NCBI GenBank assembly: GCA_965235115.1
Contig: OZ249445.1
Span: 15,190,001 to 15,254,000, forward strand
Length of the DNA stretch: 64,000 nt
Direction of reading: 5' to 3'
Source: Laetmonice hystrix
Lineage: Eukaryota
In this document: positions 38,301-50,300 of the stretch, piece by piece
How positions within the stretch are numbered: the stretch's first letter is position 1
How the letters are laid out: each line of letters begins with the position of its first letter
Program-made: the position numbers and the translations under genes
The notes under the pieces: model-generated
Seen by the model: only the letters and a program-made list of their open reading frames with translations
Databases searched by the model: none
Told to the model about the DNA's origin: nothing

Positions 38301-41300
38301 GTATGTGTACTTTCCTTAAAGTTTGCCTTTTATGGTTCATTGAACTAGTTTTGTGAATTATACAACTAATATGTGTACCATTTTTAGAAGTCAAATCAAT
38401 TTTAGAACAATATCTTCAAAATAAAAATAGTATTTAGTATTATTTAGTTTAAGTGTAGGAGCTATGCCCATTCAGTGTTTTTTTTTCCTAAAAGTAGTTT
38501 CCAACATTTCAAAAGACCAAAATGTAGTTTAATTAGATTAACAGATCTATTTGCTTGTATCGTTTAAAATGCTAACAGACAATTCGCTCTTTAATTAAAT
38601 ACACTGATTTGAGCATGATAGCCCGCAGCGGGAAATATACTATATTCTAGCCGTTTATTCTTAATCACATGTTATTTAGCTTTACTCAGTGACTTTCACA
38701 ACTGGTTGAGAATCGCTCTTGCAATGAACCTATGAACTTCCTTGTGGCTTGCATGACTTTACCCTCTGCTCTGTGACCACCTCGCATCTTACCTTGGCGT
38801 TGACCTTTGGCAGTAGGTGGCAGCTCTCCTTCTGCTGGGGTTGGTTGGAGGCTTGAGCTTCCACCAAGTAAAGTCAGTCAGTCGGGCTCGGACCGGTCTC
38901 TCTCTGCCACAAGCACAGACTCAGGCAAGTAGTTAGTGTGAGGACTGCGTGATCAAGTTTCTTCTATAGAGTTTGACCTCTCTCCATCAGGACGCTACGC
39001 AAATCGAGATCGGACATATACAAGTCATTCCCCAGCTCGATCGGCATTTTAAATTTCATTTTATACCTTTAATTTATATATTCTTACTGCTGTCTGAAAT
39101 CCTGGTACGTTTGTTTAAAAACTCGATGTTGAGTTAAGTTATTTTATGATACTCTCTCTGACTGTTAAGGTTGAGGAAGGTCAAACTCTGTTTACATGCT
39201 GCTTTTAATAAGTTGTCTCTTTTGTAAGTTTGTTTTGTTGAAAAATAGAGGGGGTGACGGGTTGTCTTTGGCTCAGGGGAAATGGGGACAAAGTGTCTGA
39301 GGTCACTGACATAATATGTATGACTGTATGTGTGAATGTGTTGATCGGTATTCAGATGACAAAAAGTTAAGTGTCGTGTTTGTCTGAAGTGCTGTGTATA
39401 AGGGTTTGATTAGTTTGAATGTTGAGTTTAGAAGGCGTGCCATCCCTGGGATCACGTCCTGACAGACCCACATAATGTCTCCCTGATAGCCCCAGGGGCA
39501 TGGTGTTTTACTGGTTTCTCTATAGTATTTACTTTACAAGATGAATGTCTCTACCTTCTCCAGGCTCACCCGTTGTCGTCAATGGAGACGAGTTTGAGAA
39601 TATAGAACTTCGACATGTTTGTGAAGTGAACCGTGAAGGTCACATTGTGAGCGGAGGTCAGACCAACCGGCAGCCGACACCAATCCCTGGCAGCAACGAC
39701 AACCAGACTCCGGAGAACCTTACAACCGAGGTCGACAACAATGACAACTCCAAGACTCGCGACATCATTGAGCTGAGTCGGGAGTTGAGCAAGAACCTGC
39801 AGAACCTGGCCTTACAGGGTACGCAGGGCACACAGGGCACGACCTCGGGTCAGGTTCCCACCACTACCGTCACTACACCGCCAGGGATGGTACCTATACT
39901 GCCGGTCGCGCCAGAACTGGAGAAACCTCGAGACTTGAGCTCGGGTTACGGGTCCGAGAGCGGCGACATGCTGCGAGAACTCGTCAAGAACAAGGAGCTG
40001 ATGAAGATGGGGGGACAACGCAAGAAGGAGCTGCCACGTTATTCAAGCATCGATTCTGACGTATCAGAGGGCTCAACACTCGTAAGTACAGGCTCTGATG
40101 TTGGAGACGGCGTAGGCAGCGAGCGTAGGAAGAAAGCACGTATTAACCACCATAGTATACGGGGTGCGTCGTCTGACACTGAAGTGGAGCTACACGCTGG
40201 GGTAAGGAGGCAGTTGACGCGGAACCTTTCTCTGCCCCTCTTCCCTCCACCCCCCATAAACATTAGTCAGGGTTAGAAAGAGACACATTGTCTTTGGTTT
40301 CTGTTGAGAAGATGAGTTGGTCGGGGTAACTTAGGATTGTACTGTACGTTAAGGGAAACTTTCCTAAGTTTTGGGAGATGCACAATTAAGTCTGAAGTTT
40401 GTACCAACAAGTAAGAAAGGCAGATCATCACTAAAAGGTAAGGTCTAGCAAACGAACATCCTAAAATAAATACGTGGAGGTACCGGTATACATGTATGTG
40501 TAAAAAGACATGACAATGATAGAAAGTCCCTGGAACCCTTAAACATGTTAAATAATTGTGAGAAGGATTTGCTGGTACGTAGGTTACTCCGAGTAACTGT
40601 CAAGGTAAGTGTAGTTAGTCAGGGTAGAGGTATGTTGGCGTGTTCGTACCGTCTGGCCTAGTAGTCTACATGAAGTCACTGACTAGTTGTGGTGTGATGT
40701 GTTGCACTTATATATTGTCCAGTGTACAACGTGGTGATCACGGTAGAGCTCATTTCGGGGAAAATGTAATTTTTTATGACCACAGACAGACAGAGAGGGG
40801 TGTGAAAACAGAAATGCTACAAAGTTCTTCACTTCTAGCTGATTAATATTGTAAGTGGCACACACAGAGACTGTTAGAGATTTGGTATCCTCGTCGGAAT
40901 GTTTTCTCTGGGGTTGCACTAGTTACAAGTTGGATTAGCGTAGTTGATAATTTGAAGGCTTTAAGATTACCGGTACTGGTGGCAATGACGTATCAAACTG
41001 TACACTGGACAATGATGTGGTTATAATTTGACTGCGGAGGTGTAGGGATTAACCACTCCAAACAGGACCTTGCAGGAGTCTAGATAATGAGAGTAGAGTT
41101 AACATTAGCTGTACTGGGTTAAATGTGCAAGCACATACTTGTGTCGGACCTGCATGGTTTGTCCTTCTGATTTGTTAACTTTGAAAATATTAATATGATG
41201 AATTTTATGCATTATGCATTTACAAGTACACATATTCCTTTATGTAAGAAGTTTCTTGATATAAAGGTTAATTCCACAATATTTTCAATCTTCCATAATA

Positions 41301-44300
41301 TTTTCAGTCTCATTGTGTAGAGAAAACTTTTCAAGATAAAATTGGCTTTTATCTAAACATATTTTGTAAGGAGAATAATACCAATTTATTGAAACATAGT
41401 GTCTAATTTGGTTTTGTTTGACAAGATTGCCCAGATCATGAAATCTTTGTAAGACCTGACCGTGTTGTTGCACAGATGATGGCGTACGGGCGTAAGAAAC
41501 GTTCGGGGAGCATTATGAGTGTAAAAAGTCATGTCAGCCAAGGTTATCGCTACACGGAGGGTCGTGTTGCAAACACCAACCTACCCAGCCCCGAAACCAA
41601 CAGAACATACGTCTTTGAAGCACTAATAGGTTGGTAACACCACTCAGCCACAGTTATTCTTTCCTATGTTTCTGTTGTTTCTCACTGAAAACGGAATCAA
41701 GATGAGCCAGTGTTTATTTGTAAGAGCCAGTGCTAGTGCTCTGTTTGTCGTGGTTTGCCACTGATAGTTTGGTTATTGCAGGCAAGGAGCGGTCGTGGTT
41801 GTGGGACCAGATGCAGTTCTGGGAGGATGCCTTCCTTGACGCAGTGGCCCAGGAACGAGATATCATCGGCATGGACCAGGGTCCCACTGAGATGATGGAG
41901 AGGTACATCTCTTACTATGTTCATCCTACTCAAATTACTTTCTGTGGAAAGGCAAAATAAATCAAATTCATGGGTGTTTTCAACAAATAACTGAAGTTTA
42001 CGTATTGTTGGTTCCTGGTTGCCTTGATGTTGTCATGATGTTAGCTCAGTGATGATTGGAAGGATGTTTGGAAACATGGGACTGGATCTATACTTTCACT
42101 GCCGATAGGTACAACTCGTTAGGGGATCCAGAGAAAAAGCGTTTAGAACATGACGAAGATCGACTCCTTGCGATTCTGCTCTACAACATGATCGCCTTCA
42201 TGATCATGATGCGTGTCAGTAAGAACGAGATCCGCCGCAAAGTGCGCCGTCTACTGGGCAAGTGCCACATCGGCCTCGGCTACAGCCAGGAAGTTAATAA
42301 CGTCCTGGACCAGATCAATAACCTGGCAAGTAAAAACCTAGTAACTAGTTCTTCTAATCGTGTCGTATTATCTTAAATAACTTTAATTATTGTGAATTTC
42401 AGACAAAAAGATGCTTTCATATAGTTTTATTGTGATTATTCCGGATCAAATATCATCAAGTTAAATATATGTTCATATATTTGCAATATTTGTATAGAAA
42501 TTCTCCAAAAATGCGGAAAGCATAAGTGTGTTGAGGTTGTGAAATGTCATAGGGCAAATCCATTTGCTTCTAGACCCATACAAGTTTCACTATTCAGACT
42601 TTTGTTTAATACAAATTTTAGAATACCCAAATCCTTTGTAAGCTGTGCAAGAAATATAAAGAATTGAAACCTCGGGGAATATTTGTTAGTTTGACATCAG
42701 ATGTATTGACACGTGTCAAACGTTGTTGAATGTACGAGTCCTAGGGCCATACCTAATAGGGTCGCCTTTAATTTATTTCACCTTTTTGCCAATTTTTCCT
42801 AGGGTCTGGAAGCAAAGGTGAGTTGTCAGGCTTAGGCTGGTTTCCAATCAGAAATCCTTTCTTCATTACATTGTACCAGTTCACGCCAAGGCGAATGAAA
42901 TTAGATGGTCTAGTGTGTCACAGACACGGGACATTTGTACAAATAAAATGATTTTCATATGTAAGGGAGTAGAAATGAGACATTGAAATGGGCAAAGAAC
43001 GTCGTTGAATAATCTTGCCATTGGTGACCTTTCTCTGGTGTTCGCAAATTATCAATCTTTAGGTCAGGTAAAGTATTTCCCAGTCGGTCAAATTTACTCC
43101 GATGGAACTATACTGGGGGGTTTTATTTTATCAGAAAGTTTTTTTTCAAAACATATAAACTAGAACATTTTTGTGTTTATTTATATTTTCATCCTAGCAT
43201 GTTGCGTTTTCCATATGTCTATACATGTTTTATTTAATGAATGTTTTTCCGTATAATTGGTGTGAGTGTATCATGTACTAATCTACTCTGCTCTTGTACA
43301 TATAGTTACTACTTGATACCTTGAGTGGTGGATACAGGTTGTTTGTACATGAGGTAATGGTGGGTCAATCTGTTGACAGCACGGTAACGACATTGACCTG
43401 AAGCCACTTGGTAGCCGCATGATGCAGAAACAGTCTTTCACGGTTCACTGGGGGCCTGACAACACTGGTGACATGCTCTTTATGGAGGTCAGTACTAGCG
43501 TGTAGGTCAGGGCAACAAGTAACACAAGTCTTTCAATCATTTCCATATTCGATATGTTAGAGTCATTCAAGAACGATTTTTTGGTGCCAATATTACTGTT
43601 GTGCCAGTATAAGATATCACACAGATATTGTTTTGTAATATCTTTTGGTCGGGTGTTCCTCATCATGTCGTTAGCTTGTCGTGCGTTAAAGTCCCCATTG
43701 AAAATACATTGGCGTTAACGATACGACAAGCTAACGACATGATGAGGAACACCCCCCAGTATTGTCATGCGGGAGTGGAGTCTAGCAGAAGTCATGCAAG
43801 CTTTCAGTGAAGTCCACCATTTTCCCAGCAGGCCTGACAATGGTAATGATGTATTGTGCCTGTTTCAATCAGAGATTTACGACTGAATGTTGCAGGTGTG
43901 TGATGATTGCATCATCCTGCGCAGTGTTACAGGCTCTATTTGTGATCGATGGTGGTATGAGAAACTAGTCAACATGACCTACTGCCCCAAGACCAAGGTC
44001 CTCTGCTTGTGGCGGCGACACGATGGCAAGACTCAGCTCAACAAATTCTATACAAAAAAGGCAAGTCAAGGTCGCATTGAAATAGGACAGATTGAAATAA
44101 ACATAACATCTAGAGTCGTTCTTTGAAACGTTACGTATTGTCATGTGTTTGAAGTTTGTTACTGCCGTGTGTCTGTAACAGCCCTTAGTAAGACGGGTTT
44201 TAACCAGCTCTAGTTAATAACGATTTCTGGTTATTAACTAGCTATAAGTTAACTAGATCGGGCTTAACGATGTTTAGTAAGACGGGCCCCTGAGGTATGA

Positions 44301-47300
44301 TTCTGTCTGTTGCAGTGTAAGGAACTCTACCTGTGTGTGAAGGACTCCATGGAGAAGGCGGCGGCCAGGAACAATGGCAAAGTTCCAGGTAGGACACAGT
44401 GGTGGAGGTCTTCTCCTGCTCAGGGGGGAAGCTCTCAGACGGTGCTGCCGTCTGGAGGCCAGCACGCGAACCAACCCACCCGTGCTGTTCACTCAGTAGT
44501 CAGAACTAGTTTTGAAAAGAGAGATCTGCTTGTTCGTGTTGACAGATCGAAACCAGTAGAGCTTGTAGTGCAGCGCTAAATGAGTAAAAAACATTGTTCC
44601 TAGTGTATGGAAGATGGGAGTAAGTTTGTATAAAAGGGTATTTATATTTGATAATAGTGTTAATGTTCTTCCCTGGATTGATTCATGTGTATCCTCAGTG
44701 TATGGTTAAGTATTATGAGGTGTACTAAACAAGGTAATATCTAGCTGATGATTTCTGCTGATGGTTAGCTGTTAAACTCTGTCAGACTGGTCCAGACATG
44801 ATTATTAACTATAATTTTTAGCATTGCTTTTGGCAAGACCTGACCTCTCTCCAAAGAACAAATCAGTAACTTTTTAATAGATAATATTAATAATGAAAAG
44901 AAAGAGAAATTAAAATTGACATTCACTGATGCTATGAGTCATTCATTGTAGGGGGGGGAGATGCTTTTGCTGAAGGTGCTTGGTGAAAATGTCTTGTGTC
45001 AACCTGTTTTTATTTGTCGCTATTGACTACCGTTGAATCCCTTAGTGATCACTTCCTGTTGGTAGGCATGGCAACCAGTTTGGTGCTCGGTGACTAGTAA
45101 TGAGCCAGACCAGGGGAGAAACTTTTACAGCAGTCTTTACATTTTAAATTCCCGGGTATTGTTCTTACTGGCATTAAAGGACTTGAGCGAAAGGGGCAAC
45201 ATTTACGGTAGAAGATCCCTGTCACTACATTGTTTTGGCTGTACTTTGGCGGAATCCTGAGGTGTAAGTTACTATGTCAGAGGGAGAGAAGATTGTAGGT
45301 GGGGTTCGGGGTTCGGGCTGTGTTACCCCCTGTAGGCTGTCTCATTCCTAGCCCACCAGGCGGCGTATGTTGTTGTATGATGACTAAGTGTTGGTGTTTG
45401 CCCAGGCCCTGAGTTGGGTGGGGAATTTCCTGTTCAGGATATGCGGACCGGGCAGGGCGGCCTGCTGCAGGTCTGCATGGAGGGAATCGGACTGCTCTTC
45501 GCAAACAGCAAGGTGAGTAGCTGTGACCTTGACCTAATTTGTCATGACCTGGTTATATTTTTTTTGCCGACTCGAGTTGACCTAGTTAGTCAGGGCATGA
45601 GGTGAGGGTCACCGTTAGATATGAACAGGATTGCTGCTTAGGCCAAATGTAGGTAGATAGGTAGGAAAGTGACTCTTACCTGTAGGTGTTACATACGTGT
45701 AAAGAACTTCGTTTGAAAATATTTAACTTTTACAGTAAGACATGTTGAGTGTAAATATTTCTAAAGTATTGGTACCAACAAGGCCTGCCAGTAGTGGTAC
45801 ATGTTGTATATATATATATATGTATAGACATCAAAACATTTGGAGATCATATAAAGTATTAAAGGTTCTGCTATATTCTAGCCTAGAAGCCCTGCCCTAA
45901 GATTGGCGTGACCACTCCCATGTGTTTGTGACCTGTAGAGAGTGTAGGTGTCCATGTGGTAGACTGCAGCCCGTGGCCATGTAGAATTTGGAGAAGGGTT
46001 GTAAATATGGGGCACTAAGACAGGTGGCTAATACCTTACCTGCTCCAAATTCACATTTTCATGTGCTACTAGGTCAAGTCTGAAGGACTCCAGAAATATG
46101 AAAACAAAATTCAAATATTCAAAGAAAATAAATGCACAAATACACAATAAATCGCTACTTAAAGTCTTAAAGAGTAAAGACATGCTGCTGAAGCTTAAAT
46201 GTAGAATTATATGAATTGTTGACTCAATGGTAATGACCCCGTGACAATCTGTAAATTGATAGTCGTTCGTCTACAGCATCCTATAACTGATATGCCCACA
46301 TCCAAATTGTGCATTCTTATTCTGAAATCTCTGCTGAAATCCATGGTGTCATATTTTATTCGGAAATCCATGTGCTCATATCCATAATGTCATATGTTAA
46401 TTCGGAAATCTCTATGCTTACGTCTATGACACTATGGTTTTATTCTGAAATCAATATACCTGCAACTATGATGTCATGTTATTCGGAAATCCATATGCCC
46501 ATGCCTATACTTCCACACAATATGCTAGTTGATATTCCGTAAATCCATGCCCACATCCATACCAAGTTGTATGTGAAAAGTGCGCGGAGACTCAACCTGT
46601 TGGACAGAAACACGCAAAGACATGAACAGAAACACAAAACGTGATTTAACCAACATGTAGATGTAGATGAAGCCACCCAGAGAGGAACTAGCAACATTTA
46701 GCGTGGTGCACACAGCCACACCCCCACAGTAGACACCCACAGAGCTGCACCTGTAGCGGCTGAGGTAGTTGCACTTACGACCTGTTTAGGAATGATGTAC
46801 TGGCTCGTGGCTGTCACTTCATAAACTCCTGTACTGCACACCATCTGCTCTTCTTACCTGGGTGTGTCGTCATTCTTCTCCCCCCTTCCCAGCTGCTGCA
46901 ACAGCTGCCCAGCAGTTGCTGCCAATGGGAGTGCAGACAATGGCTGGAACAGGCACTATAGCCGCAGAATTTGGAGTATATTTCTTAATTTAGAAAGAAA
47001 AGAAAAATTGCACGAAATCCAAAATATTTGGCCCTAAATTTATTATCATTGTTTTGTTTTGTTTTTGAATCCCTACAAAATAAAGAGGGGTTAGGTTAGT
47101 GAACTGCGTGCTGCCACCAAGCCAAGCCACTGTGTGCGCCCTGCGCCATTCCTACCCTTACCCATCTCTTTGTTTGCCTCTAAACTTGTACAAGTCTCTC
47201 TGAGCTCAGCTCTGCTCCAATGTGTTCCCTACACAGCTGCCCCCTCCGTAAGGACACGGTAAAAAAAACATCAAGGCTTGGACCTTGCTGTCCTACTGTC

Positions 47301-50300
47301 TCACATTCTGCCCACCTTGGTCACACCACCAATCACGCCTAGTGATCGTATAGATGCACCCAACACTGAAACCCCCACCACATGCATGCCTTGTCAGTAT
47401 CCACTGCAGCCCTGCAGATCCAAGATGGCTGCATGTGAGTGAGCACAGCCCCAAGAGGAGTGAGGTTCAGCCAGTGTGGTTGGCTGTGTCCATACATATC
47501 GTCGTTGTGTTAACTGTTGTGCTGGTGACGTGTGGAGGTGTCATCAAGTTGGATATTTTGCAGTGTCTAGCTGTGGTAGTGTAAGTAGCAGAGGTTGTAC
47601 ATTAGGGTAGACACAACACCGATGCCGACAATTGATGAACATAGTGGTACATCGAGATTCAGGCAGCACGAATAAAGGACATGGAAAGTGGCAGACCCTC
47701 TCAAAGCTCTATTCCAGCCCAACGAAGCACAACGTCCAAACCAAAACTGGATTCCGATCGCTTCCGCAATGGGTGAAATTTTTACTTGAATCTATTTTTC
47801 CATTTTTGATATTAACCTTCCCCCCTTTTCCAATCGGTAATATGTTCTCCCATTTCTGGTCCCTCCACACCTCTTTATCCAATCCTCTTGATTTTTCATA
47901 CCTCCCTATTCAGACTTTAAAACGGAAATTGAAATTTTTCAAAGCGACAAAAGCTATCAAGGATTTTACCCTAATTTTTGTGCTGTATCAGTTTGCATTC
48001 AAGCAAGCCTCTGTTCTGATTGCGACAAAAAAGAACAAACTGGAAAAAAAAATCGAGTTCAACCCCCGCCATTTGCATGGCTTGGACCTTGTCATCTGAA
48101 AATTGCATGGCATCAGTGACAAGCCAATCAGAAAAGAGGAAGGCATTTACCTGCACGAATGAGCTGACGCGGCTGGTTTTGTGTTGTGTGGGAACTTTTG
48201 AGATGGTCTCACTTTCTGCTGCTGTTGACGGGCAGGGACAGTGTCCAAGAGTCAAGTGTCCAAAAACCAAAACAACAAATGGCAAAACCTAGAAGTCTCA
48301 AATGCTAAAACTGACCTTTTCTCTTTTCTACATGCATCGCTTCTGCGGATGGGTTCAGGACTTTGAGGTACGGGTGGCTTTTATACATGGTTGGATGCAC
48401 TTGTGCATTGAGTGATGAATAGACGTATACCTACATCGGTAGTGGCCATCTCATAAGTTCAATTTGGTTGTGCTCATTATTTTGCATGCGATTGGATGTC
48501 ATGTACTGCCATGTTTGTGTTGCTCTGAAATTCGCACACTCGACCATTGCAACCACTTGTGTTGAGCCGGACCGTACGTCGCCCCTGTATCTCATACAGC
48601 GCCCTGGAGTGGCCGTTTGTGGCGACATCTCGGGGCTGTCACGTCTTGCGTACCCTCTCCGGGGTGTCGGTCAAAACCTTCATGTGTCAAGCCCAGTGGC
48701 GGGCGTCTCTACACTGAGGGCAATAGCACGGAGTCACTCCGACGGAAAGAGAATAGAAAAAGGAAAAAATAAAAACGGTGTTCAAAAAGTGTAAACCTCA
48801 CTCGACACTGGATACGACATGATGGTGGGGGCCGGCACGGTGCTTGCCACGTGTATGCACCCCAGTGTTGTTACCTCCATATGTATACATCGAGATATAT
48901 ACGTGTACATACAGTCGCTGTTGTCAATGTCGGAATCTGTGCAGCTTGATATGACCTTTGACCAGCTCCACGTGTCTTGACCATCGACCTGTAACCTTTC
49001 TCTACGTTTAGCGCGCCTTTCCGCACCGACCCTCTTTTTCTGCATTGTGCTTTCCACCCGCCCCCTAGTGTTCACCTGAAGGACCAGACAGCAAGCCTGA
49101 TAGTTCACAATAACAGCGTCATGAGATATTCAAAGGTCTGGCACCAGCCAATCAGAGATGTTCAGAGTTGGCACCAGCCAATCAGAGACGAGATTATAGT
49201 TTGTACTTACATATGACACAAGTGGTGATGCTTGCCTAGTTTTAGTGTGTCCACCTTTCTGATTGGTTGCTGACTCCTTCATTTTTGATGTTTCAGTTCT
49301 TTATTGAGCTAAGTCGTATCAAGAAATGTTTCACCATGAAAGGCGGCATATTTGTACTAGAGGAATTTGGTAAGACCACTGTAGCACTTTTTTGGTTCCT
49401 CTTTACCTCCTCGTAGTTCTGCTTTTGACTTTGGTTTCCTGTACACACATTTGATCATGGATTGAGGCCAGTGGGAATGTGATATTGTGTTCACGTAGCA
49501 TGTCGAATGACGGTGCACATGCTTCCCTGCTGTGCTTGTATATATATTATATACATGTATCGAGTGTCTTTCAATATGATGGTCTGTACATGTGTGTATG
49601 TGTACCTCATGGCCCAAGGTTGAGTTTGCGGCATGAGAACATTTACAGCCTTCGTGCGTGGGTGTGGGCGCGTGCGCGTGTGGGTGTGCGTGGGTGCCAG
49701 TGTCGCTACAGTCCTCAATGGCCAAACCTTTCCTTATTGCTCCTGACTGGATATCAGACTTTAGACAGAATAAAGCGGAATCTCATCAGGTTTTCCATGA
49801 GAGATAACACGACATGCTGCAATATCCGTCAAGTTATATCCAGACAGAGAGAGAGGAATTCATTGGTCATTGATGGAAAGAGTGACACGCGACTGTACAC
49901 GTGACGCGGGGAGACCCGGCCACCTGGTGGTGATAAACAGAACTAACCCTAAGGTTGGCGTCTTTGGTTAAGATAACCCCCTAGCAATAATAACCTTCCT
50001 AAAGGATCAAGAGACGTAGAAGAAAATTAAGCCTTAATAAATTCACTTCACTGAACCTGATCTGTGTAGATTGGTTTTTACTGCTCAGGTTAGTAATATA
50101 GAACATTAACAACAACAAAAGTCGTGTATCAGACGTTGATATGTGATATGATATTCCGTCAGACCAGGATTGACTCAACTTAGACTAAAGGATTTCTAAA
50201 TTACTCCCACGTAACATTGCTGCTAAATTCCATTTCATCTTAAACTCTAACTTTATATCACCTAATTAGAAGTGGAAAAAACGTACCATTCCTAAAACCC

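Noticed and set aside
40202-40276. Extension of ORF 39545-40276 beyond 40201
   Set aside because: The GGG|gtaagg donor restores frame with w20. The tail is intron read-through.
46858-46983. Minus-strand exon-like segment with pyrimidine acceptor and CAG|gtaag donor
   Set aside because: No recognisable peptide or partner exons. A single antisense site pair is expected by chance.
47632-48099. 155-aa + strand ORF between the two microexons
   Set aside because: No homology, AT-rich low-complexity composition, no compatible splice sites.
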